NCBI GenBank assembly: GCA_024231025.1
Contig: JAAEQW010000090.1
Location: 21,490 to 85,489 of the forward strand
Direction of reading: 5' to 3'
DNA: 64,000 nucleotides
Source of the DNA: Candidatus Omnitrophota bacterium
GTDB lineage: Bacteria; Omnitrophota; Gorgyraeia; Duberdicusellales; 4484-171
Part shown: piece after piece, positions 34,431 through 44,100 of the stretch
How the letters are laid out: each line of letters begins with the position of its first letter
How positions within the stretch are numbered: position 1 is the first letter of the stretch
Program-made: the position numbers and the translations under genes
The notes under the pieces: model-generated
Told to the model about the DNA's origin: nothing
Seen by the model: the letters and a program-made list of their open reading frames with translations, nothing else
Database searches by the model: none

Positions 34431-35978
34431 CTAAAAATGAACATTCTCATTTTTTTCGCAAGAACGATATTGCAACGCTTCAGCCATGTGGGAAGCTGAT
34501 ATCTCTTTGACACCTTCTAAATCACTAATCGTTCGGGCAACTCTAATCATCTTATAGTAAGAACGTGCTGAAAGATTAAAATTGGCGCCAGCTTTAATAA
34601 GAATCTGGCTCACTTCCCTAGAAAGATAACAATATTTTTTAATCTGCTTATTGCCCATTTCAGCATTAGTGTATATTGTTTCGCTGCTAAAACGTTTTTG
34701 TTGTATTTTTCTTGCCATTATTATTCGCTCTCTTATTACTTTTGAAGACTCCAGAAAATCAGGCGCCTTATCATCACAAGAAAGTTCTTTAATATCTACT
34801 ACTGGCACCTCAACGCAAAGATCAATACGGTCTAAAATCGGACCAGAAATTTTTTTTCGATACCGTTCTATTTCTCGTTGCGTGCAAATGCAAGTTTTTT
34901 TAGGATGAAGCAAGTATCCACACGGACATGGATTAGCTGAAGCAATTAATGTAAAACGAGAAGGAAAAGTAGCTTTATCCCTACTGCGGCAAAGTGTAAT
35001 GCAGCCGTCTTCTAGTGGCTGTCTTAATGATTCTAAAGCTAGGCGAGAAAATTCATTGAACTCATCTAAAAAAAGTACTCCTCGATGGGCTAAACTAATC
35101 TCTCCAGGCTTTAGCCTACTTCCTCCGCCGATAAGACCGGCATTAGAAGTTGTGTGATGCGGCGTACAAAAAGGACGAGTTTTAATAACTGAGCCTTGCG
35201 GAGGAATGCGCCCAGAAGCAGAATAAATTTTGGTTACTTCTAGCGACTCTTTTTCACTCAATGAAGGTAAGATTCCAGGAAATGCCCGAGCCAACATTGT
35301 TTTGCCTGAGCCCGGACTTCCTATCATAAAAAGATTATGACCACCCCCAGCAGCAATCTCCATCGTTCTTTTAGTTTGTTCCTGACCCAAAACATCACTC
35401 ATATCAAATTCAGCTTCACTAACTTCTTCTTTGCTGTCATTCTCTTTATGTGTTACTGGTTTAAAATCAATTTGTTTACAAAAAAATAACACTAGCTGTG
35501 TAAGACTTTCTACAGGGTACACATTAACCCCTTTGATAATCGAAGCTTCGTTAGCTGAAGAGTGCGGAACAAATATGTTGTTGACTCCTCTTTCTTTGGC
35601 AAATAGTGCAAGCAGTAATGCACCTTTGGTATGACGCAGCGTTCCGTCTAAAGAAAGCTCACCAAAAAATAAACTTCTTTCTGGTAATTTACAACCTATA
35701 ACTGTTGCCAAAATTCCTACGGCAATCGGCAAATCATAAAATGACCCCTGTTTTGGTACATCTGCTGGAGCCAAGTTAACCACAATTCGTCTTTCTGGAA
35801 ATTTAATATCAGAGTTTATGATTGCAGTTCTCACTCTTTCTTTACTCTCGGCAACAGCTTTGGTTGGTAAACCTACAATCTCAAACGCAGGAAGCCCTCG
35901 CTGGGCAACATTTACCTCAACCTCCATTGCCACAGTATGAAGACCCAAATTTAAAGCTGACGCTACTTTTACTAACAT
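34431..35978 (-). CDS. comM: YifB/ComM Mg-chelatase-like AAA+ ATPase
   Basis: An N-terminal Lon-like ChlI domain, Walker A GSPGSGKT, Walker B LFLDEF and a C-terminal ComM helical domain. Confidence 0.85.
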   Translation of the reverse strand: MLVKVASALNLGLHTVAMEVEVNVAQRGLPAFEIVGLPTKAVAESKERVRTAIINSDIKFPERRIVVNLAPADVPKQGSFYDLPIAVGILATVIGCKLPERSLFFGELSLDGTLRHTKGALLLALFAKERGVNNIFVPHSSANEASIIKGVNVYPVESLTQLVLFFCKQIDFKPVTHKENDSKEEVSEAEFDMSDVLGQEQTKRTMEIAAGGGHNLFMIGSPGSGKTMLARAFPGILPSLSEKESLEVTKIYSASGRIPPQGSVIKTRPFCTPHHTTSNAGLIGGGSRLKPGEISLAHRGVLFLDEFNEFSRLALESLRQPLEDGCITLCRSRDKATFPSRFTLIASANPCPCGYLLHPKKTCICTQREIERYRKKISGPILDRIDLCVEVPVVDIKELSCDDKAPDFLESSKVIRERIIMARKIQQKRFSSETIYTNAEMGNKQIKKYCYLSREVSQILIKAGANFNLSARSYYKMIRVARTISDLEGVKEISASHMAEALQYRSCEKNENVHF

Positions 35979-36844
35979 ACTTTCTCCTGAATAAAATGGT
36001 ATTTATCTTTTTCTTTAGTCACTATACCTCGTAATTGCATAAGCGAAAGTGTGGCTCCTAAATCGGAAATTGAAATATTCACTAGACGAGATAGTGTGTC
36101 AATATCTTTTGGTTCTTGAGTCAATTTATCTATAATACCCCGTTCCAATTTATTTAAGCCTGCAGCTGAGAAACGATTCATCGAATATTCTTGATAGTTT
36201 AAGCCATAATTTACCAGTATGTCATTAGCATCGCTTGCTAGATCAGCTCCATTTTTAATAAGCTGTAAAGTGCCTTGCGAAAGTGAAGATGTAATCGGAC
36301 CGGGAACCGCCAATAGCTTGCGATTAAATTTTTTAGCCAGATCAGCAGTAATTAACGAACCGCTATCAAAACCGGCTTCAACAACTAATACCGCTTTTGA
36401 TAAACCAGCGACGATCCTATTTCTTTTCGGAAAAATCCAAAGCGCGGGAGGATGATTGGTTTCTAGCTCAGAAATAATGAGTCCGTTGGCTGCTATTATT
36501 TCCTCATACAGTTTTTTCTGATGACTAGGGTGAATCACATCAATACCACAGGGCATAACCGCAATAGTTTTGCCGCCAACTGAAAGCGCTGCTCGATGTG
36601 CTTGTGCATCAACCCCATACATAAATCCCGAAACAATGGTCACCCCCATTGAGGCAATCTTTGCTACTAATTCATTGGTAGCGCGTCGGCCATAGCCGGT
36701 CATCTGCCTTGCCCCGACTACTGCTAAACAATTTTTAAAAAGTTTGCTGTCCCATTTACCCTTGTAGTAGAGTTGTTGGGGTGGATCACTAATCTGCTTT
36801 AGCAAGCTGGGGTATCTTGAGCTGCTAATCTTTACTGTTTTCAT
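35972..36844 (-). CDS. dprA: DNA processing protein DprA (Smf)
   Basis: Rossmann-like DprA core (AVVGARQMTGYGRRAT...IVSGFMYGVDAQAHRAAL) and a C-terminal winged-helix (DML1-like) region. Confidence 0.85.
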   Translation of the reverse strand: MKTVKISSSRYPSLLKQISDPPQQLYYKGKWDSKLFKNCLAVVGARQMTGYGRRATNELVAKIASMGVTIVSGFMYGVDAQAHRAALSVGGKTIAVMPCGIDVIHPSHQKKLYEEIIAANGLIISELETNHPPALWIFPKRNRIVAGLSKAVLVVEAGFDSGSLITADLAKKFNRKLLAVPGPITSSLSQGTLQLIKNGADLASDANDILVNYGLNYQEYSMNRFSAAGLNKLERGIIDKLTQEPKDIDTLSRLVNISISDLGATLSLMQLRGIVTKEKDKYHFIQEKVC

Positions 36845-37088
36845 AAGCGGATAGCACTGCTTGCTGAAGAGCTTCGCGAACCGAATCGGTTAAAGGAAAA
36901 ACACTGTTATACCATTTACCATCTTTGCCTTGCTCACGCGGTACACCTACAAACAAACCGTTCTTACCATCAACTACACGAAATCCCTTCACTAAAAATT
37001 CATCTGAAATAGAAACATCGCACATAGCTTTTGTCGCTCCTTTTCCGTCAAGTTTGTGAAATTTTGTTACCTTGAAATTCAAAACCAT
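36825..37088 (-). CDS. spoVG: SpoVG-family protein
   Basis: An 87-aa protein; the DVSISDEFLVKGFRVVDGKNGLFVGVPREQ segment matches the SpoVG core. Confidence 0.7.
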   Translation of the reverse strand: MVLNFKVTKFHKLDGKGATKAMCDVSISDEFLVKGFRVVDGKNGLFVGVPREQGKDGKWYNSVFPLTDSVREALQQAVLSAYENSKD

Positions 37089-37405
37089 CTCGCACCTCCT
37101 TTGTTTTCACTTAATAAAAGAAACATCCTATCCAGAAATAACACATTCTATGACATTTGTCAAGGAAATATAACATTTTTTTGTCAGATAACAGGTAACG
37201 GAGGTACCTTTTGCAAGTATTCCAATGCGAAGAAGTTATAAGCTTAACCTCGCAATTAAAAATATAGATGTGTTTTTGCATGGATACGGCTTAAAAGAAA
37301 ATTTCTTTTAAACGTATAGGTTATTGGGAATCAACTTGTTGCAAAGGGTATCTCTAATTTGAAAGGATTTGGGTGAGTTCGTCTTCGCAATTATTAAAAA
37401 AGTGA

Positions 37406-37807
37406 TTACGTAGTGGTTGAAGATATTTTGGGTAAAACAAAATCTCGAATTTGTTTAGCCATTTCAATACTTGCAATAGCTTCTTTGCTGGTGGGAATAT
37501 AAAAATCATCGGGGTATCTTACTTCAACGGCAAAAAATGATAAATTACCCACGCTAAGGTTGAGGAATTCTTTATTTTCTTTCGCACAAAGTTCAATTAA
37601 ATATTCCAAATTATGGGTTTTTCCAAAATCTACGGCTTTAAAAACTAAATAGGCTTTCAGATATTTTTCAATAGCTTGCTGACAATGAAAACATATCGCC
37701 TCTGTAACCCGCTGTTTTTCTTCTATGGCATTCTCATGCTCAGCTACCTTCAAATCATTATCAGCTTTATCAACCCATCTTTTCAAATATTCCTGCTTAC
37801 CTGTCAC
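37406..37807 (-). CDS. HEPN-domain protein (toxin partner of the upstream MNT)
   Basis: All-helical 133-aa protein with an R-x(4-6)-H-like HEPN region (EVRYPDDFY). It overlaps the MNT gene by 4 nt. Confidence 0.65.
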   Translation of the reverse strand: MTGKQEYLKRWVDKADNDLKVAEHENAIEEKQRVTEAICFHCQQAIEKYLKAYLVFKAVDFGKTHNLEYLIELCAKENKEFLNLSVGNLSFFAVEVRYPDDFYIPTSKEAIASIEMAKQIRDFVLPKISSTTT

Positions 37808-38115
37808 AAGACTACTCCTTCGCCTAAAGCATTCCGCACGATACTACCTGGCTTGTCTTTCAAATACTCAATATCGTCTTTGTCTTTCACAACAACATCA
37901 GCATCAATAAGATCACCGGCAAATTTTTTACGTAAAAGTGTAGCCAGCCGAATTTTTTCAGTTATCGAGATATGCCCAGAAAGAATTAACAATAGATCAA
38001 AATCGCTATATCTTGTCTGGTCACCCCTGGCCCTCGAACCAAAAAGAATAACCTTATCATAATCAACCGCGGCTAAAGATTTTAAAATTTTCGTTTTTAA
38101 CTCTTTCGATACCAT
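37804..38115 (-). CDS. Minimal nucleotidyltransferase (MNT antitoxin)
   Basis: LFGSRARGDQTRYSDFDLLLI is the GS...DxD nucleotidyltransferase motif. Confidence 0.8.
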   Translation of the reverse strand: MVSKELKTKILKSLAAVDYDKVILFGSRARGDQTRYSDFDLLLILSGHISITEKIRLATLLRKKFAGDLIDADVVVKDKDDIEYLKDKPGSIVRNALGEGVVL

Positions 38116-38193
38116 ATTCCACCTCTAATTAGTAACATTATATCATGTTCCTTAACGAATCCAACTATGAATCTCAAAGAACTCAAAGAACTT

Positions 38194-41100
38194 TTACCGC
38201 TCAACCGGCAAAAGCATCTGGGTGAGTTCGCTTGAGGAGATGTCTTCGATTGAGGTAACGGTGAAGATTAATCCTTCATAGCTAAACGTAGGGGCGCCGC
38301 TTGTCTGCGCCCGCTTCACAAAAACCCCCTCCCCTTCGGTTTGGAGGTTGAAGTTTTTGCGTAGCATGTCGATGCCACCGACACCACCATTATTCTCAGG
38401 AAAAGTAACTTCATAGACATACCCCGAAAAACGTAAACTTCTCCTGCAATCTACATAATGTTGCCTTTCTATTTTAACACCTTCATATTCCGGTTGGCTT
38501 AACAATTCTTTTATCAAACTATCGACCTTTTTAAATTCCGTGCTTAAGCCATAGGTTCCAGCTACAATTTTTCCTCCTGGCTTCACTACCCTTAAAGCCT
38601 CCTCTAGTACCTCCTTAGGGTGGGATACCGGAAACAGATCAGAGAGAACACCAGTTGAGGTCATCACAACATCTTGACTATGATCGGCTAACTCTTTCGA
38701 CTTAGACCTTTCTCCCGCTGAAAATTCACCTAAAATGTGCTTAATCTCTCCTTTCAATTCCTTTCTAAAAAAAGGCTTCTTTAAAAAGATATCAGCAGCA
38801 TCTTTACTCATTAAATGCGCTCGAGGGTCTAAACTGTACGCAATATAATCAATCTCTAAAGTTGATGTAACTACCCCTAAACAACCTAAAGGATAGGTAC
38901 CATCTATCCCAACATCAACAACTGAATCACCACTTTTTAATCCGAGCCCATTTAAAAAACTAACTACCTCCTTCCAATCATCTCCCCCCTTTATGCGCTT
39001 AAATCTTCGGATTGCAAAATCATCTTTGGTTCGTTTTTTAATAATCACACCCTTAGGTTCCTCCTGCCTGGATGAACCGCCCCGGGAATGGATTGCTGCT
39101 GGTGGCTTAAGTGGTCTCTTGCCTTTCTTGGGCTTGCCGTTACCCACACCTGGCGCTTGGAGAAAATCACCCCGCCAAGGTTTGCCTGAAATTCGTCGAC
39201 CAGCATCAGCCGGAGCAGGCAAACCTTCATTTTCAAGTTTCAAGAACTGATCCTTTATCTCCTCGCTCATAACCTTAAGGTATTCAGGCTGATTGAATAT
39301 CCAGTGACTAGCGCCTTCAATTACTATCTTTACGGTCTCTATCTCTTCGCCCTTGCTGTTATGAAATTTCCTATCCTCTATCTGATAGGGAAATCGAAGT
39401 TCACCAGAAATGCTAATAATTCTTCTTAAATGTGGATTGTCTATAATCTTTTTTGCCTTATTCAACATCACCCCTTCTATTGCAACGATAGTTGAAACTG
39501 GATATTTTTCTTGCTCAATCGCCTGAATCCATAAATCAAAACCAGCGCTATAGGCAACAGGAATAAATGGTTTTTCAGATAGTTGTTTAGGTATTTTTTC
39601 AGTTATTTCTCTCACCAGCTGCTTGCGCTTAAAAAGGTATCTATGAATATCTAAGACTCGCCTAATTTCTTTAAATATCGCGTTTTTCGGCCATTTCTCG
39701 CTTCGTTCAAACAGCGAAACACTATACACCTCTTTTGCTTGATTTGCTAATAGCTTGAAAAAACCTTCCATATATTCTGGCAATCCACTCCCCCAATTTT
39801 CCACCCCATTCGAAACCACAAAAGGCGAAGAACTATTGGTTAAAGAAAAACCAGAACCGTCCGTTTTATTGATTTCATAAATATATCCATTAAAATCTAA
39901 CCCTTCTCTATAATTAACATAATTTGGTTCTCCCACCCTAATACCTTCGTATTCCGGTTGGCTTAGTATCCTTTTTATCAATCTCTCAACTCTTTCGAGT
40001 TCAGGTTTCATGCCATAAGTTCCTGCTACAATTTTCCCTCCTGACTTCACTACCCTTAAAGCTTCCCTTAGCGCCTCTTCGGGATTGGAATCCGGTGCCG
40101 GATCAGAAAAAACACCAGTTAGGGTTATCACAACATCTTGACTATGATCGGCTAACTCTTTTGACTTAGACCTTTCTCCCGCTGAAAATTCACCTAAAAC
40201 ATATTTAATTTTTCCTTTCAATTCTTTTCTAACCAAAGGATTCTCTAAGAACATTTCGGCAATATTTTCACTTTTTTCATGCGGTCCACGCTGCAATCCA
40301 TACCCCACATAATTAATTCCTAAGCTTGACACGACTAACCCTAAATAACCCGAGAAATGAACCCCCTCAACCCCAACATTAGTAATTGAATCACCGTTTT
40401 TTACTCCTAACTTATTTAATAATCCAACCGCTTCTTGCCATGCCCTTTCGCTTTTTATATTATTAAATATTCCCAAATCCTCAAGATCCTCTGCAGTCGG
40501 TTTATCCGCAATCGCACCATCAATCTCTTTAATCGGCATAATTATAGTAAATGTTGTGCCGTGGTTTTGGGAATCTTCTTCAATATGGCGGCTTTTGACA
40601 TTGATTGTTGCGCCTAAATCATCGATAAGCTCTTTAACTATTGATAAGCCAATTCCGGTACCAAGATTACCTTTGGTAGTTTTGCCTTCTTGAAAGATCC
40701 AGCCATCTTTTAGTTTATCTTCAAAGATACCAATACCATTATCGGTGATTGAAATGATTACGTTATTATCGGTTTGTTTTACACTTGCGCTAACTTCCCC
40801 CTGATAAGGCTCATCCTTGATTTGCTCACACTCCCTAGTCGCATACGCAGCATTATCAAATAAGTTGCTCCAAATAAAATCAAGCTGGATTGCGTTAGCC
40901 TCCATCTGGACACTGTCATTACGCGACATTTGCCAATCAACCTTTTTGTAAATATTGCGATACCTCTCTAACGCACTATACAGAGATTCCCCGACACCTA
41001 CTATTTTCATTTCGGCAGAGTCGTCAATGGCATCTTTTAGATCTTCTAGAGCATCCAAAGCACCTTGCCCTCTTCGTCTGACCTCCAGTATGGTATCGAT

Positions 41101-44100
41101 CATTTCATCCAACTTTCTATCCAACTTCTTATCATCACTACCAGCTAAGTCACCTTTAATCAATTGAAGAAAATTAATTACTTCTTCTTTCGAATCTATT
41201 ATTTCCTCTAATTGCGTAATTAAATCTACGACTATTGCGTAAACTAAAGATGGGAAATCTAACCTCACAGTTAAGTTGAATATGGCAAAGGTAGAGGCAT
41301 CGACGATGTTTCTGAGATTTGTTTTTAATCTTTCACTTTTTCTCGATAATTTTTCCCCTAATTCAATCCTTTTATCATCTTTATTTTCGCTTTCCCTTAA
41401 CTTTTCCAATACCGAATCAATAAGTCCAAAATCAAAAACACTAGGCATTATTCCATGTGAGTACGATTTTAGACCGATTTTATCAATTAACGCCTTAATC
41501 GTTGTCGGTGGATTAGGATAACCTTTTGATTTTAACTCAAGCCTGCTTAAGATAATCAAATAATCTATGCTATCCTCTGAAGATGTTGTTACAGCTTCTT
41601 CCTGATCGTACATATATTTAAAATAAATTAAGTACTTTTTAAGATAATCTTTCTCCTGCTCATCTAACTTTCGCTCACTTGAAATCTCACGTAATTTTTC
41701 CAGATTAATAATGCGTTCTTTTATAAGATAATAACTTTTTACTCTTTCAAATTGCTCCTTTACATAAACCATATCATCATCGATAGGATGTTTGGGGTAG
41801 AGTTCTTCCATGTAAGTAATTAAATCCTGCAAGCCGCTTTTCTCTTTGTCAGCTTCCCAATCATCCTGATAACCATCGGGAATATTTTCAAAAACATACC
41901 CCATAATCTTTGCTAAACTATAAATGTCCCAAGAAGGATAACGAGGGTAAAACCTTAATCCACTCGGAATAAAACTATCCATCCCTGAGCGCCTAGGCAT
42001 TGCACCAATCGGCGCAACGAATTGAGGATCAATCATTCCAACTCGCCTTTCTTGATTAACGATTATATTGCGCGGATTAACATCACCAACAACAAGCTTT
42101 TGTTTGTGAACGTTTTCGCAAAAGCTGAGAACTTTGGCAAAAACATCAATTTGTTCAACAACAGAAAAACTACCAAAAATCTCTCCCACCTCAAACCAGC
42201 TATCAACAACTTGATAACCTTCTATTTTAATTACCTTTTTTCCAATTTGTTGACCACCAGAGATATTCTCCTCAGTCATCTGAAGATTACCATCTTCATC
42301 AACACCCGCTCCTTCTTTTTTTAACTGTGAAAACCCCGGCATATCGAGTTGATTAAATTTGACCAGAGTTCTTAACTCGCGCATATTCATTTTATTTTCT
42401 AATGCCAGGATGCTTTCGCCTTCTTTCCTATATCCACCACCAGAAACTTTACAAAAAATTGCATCATCATCAGAAAGAGAATAAATAGTAGAATACCCTC
42501 CAACACCTAACACAGACCTACCTAACGTATTGACAATTGCATTGGTAAAGTACGGGCTAAGTAGCGGATCGTTTTTTATTGCATCTAGATAATATTGCCG
42601 AACTTGTGCAGCGCTTGTGTGAACCGGCAATGGTTCATGCTCTGAGAAAGTATACTTTATCGCAGCAGTTTCTTCTTTAGTAAGTTGTGGCGTTTTTAAA
42701 GAAGGGAAATTATCCAAAATGGTCCAAAGCCCTCTCGCACTTATGCTTTTAAAATAATCCGGTAAGTAATACCTGCTATCGTCTTCGCAAACCATTCCTA
42801 CATCTGATAAGATTTGTAGTGAATTATTTACCCCTTTATCATGTCCGATCGCTACCATTTCACGCTCAAACCCTTCAAGCGTTTTAGCCTTATCTTTAAA
42901 GATTTTATTCCTCATCATATACCCTAAAAGAACATCCGGAGTCACTTCCAAAATGGAATCAGAAACCGACCCACCACGGGGATGGTTTGCTGCTGGTGGC
43001 TTAAGTGGTCTTTTGCCTTTTTTGGGCTTGCCGTTGCGCGCACCTGGCGCTTGGGGAGAATCCCCTCGCCGAGGTTTACCTGAAACTCGAGGGCGAGATT
43101 CAAGAGAAATAGAACCGTTCCTATTTTCATCAACTGTTCGGCCAGAAGCAATAATTCTTTTGGCTTTGGTGGCAGAAAACATGCCAGAAGCAACGGCATC
43201 GCTAATATTTTGTGCGACTTTCAAGTTGTTCGGTAAAGAAATAAAATTGCACCCTCCGGAGAAATATTTTCGGTTGATGCGTTTGTGAGTTGTTGGGTCG
43301 CGTTCGGGTTTTATGTAATTGTAGACGCCTTTTTTGTAGGCTTCGACGTAAAGATTATAGATTTTATCTTTGGCGCCTTTGCCTTCTAGGTCAATGCCTT
43401 TTATTTTGCCTTGATCGATGTAATGTTGATAGAAGGTATCTTTGAACTTCTCTTTGAACCATACCGCAAGGATTAGGGAATGATAGATTTGACGCAAGCG
43501 TGCGAAATTCTTCCCGTGATTTACGTCGTGGGATATTTTAGGAAGGATTGTTTCGCGCATCAGGCGAGATGTTATTTCATTTACTTCCGGGGACACGTAC
43601 CGATCCCCGACTACGTCGGGACTTCCGGTACATGTCCCCGTCCGATCCGGTACATGTCCCCGTGCAACATAATCGTCCTCAAGCATTACCTTCATCGTGG
43701 CTTCGGTGATATAGGCGACATCTTTATTTTCATAGACTACGCTTTTATCGGGCGTGATCCAAACCTTGTTAAAGGCGTTGATGGATAAATCAGAGACGCA
43801 AAGTTTTGCGTCTCTACAGTCTTCATAAACCTTTTCCCAATAATCTTTTCCGGTTTCACTCTCTGGATAAGTTAAAGAAGACAAAAGCTGCTTCAGAATA
43901 TAATCCTGACCCAACAGATCCTTTCCTAGATCGGTTAGGCTCAAATCATCTGGAGCAACTCTTGTCTTTTCGTAGGGAGACAAGTTAACCCACAATTCCT
44001 CTTCAGGAAGGGTCAAACCTGCCAAAAAATACCGGATAAGACGGCTTGCTTCCTCTTGGTTAATATCTTCCTGATTAGCGGTGTCAACGATAAATTCAAT

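Noticed and set aside
37242-37405. Roughly 320 nt ORF-free region upstream of spoVG, considered as a possible small RNA
   Set aside because: I could find no conserved structure, terminator or promoter pair by inspection. It is most likely just the spoVG promoter and leader region; flagged only as untested.
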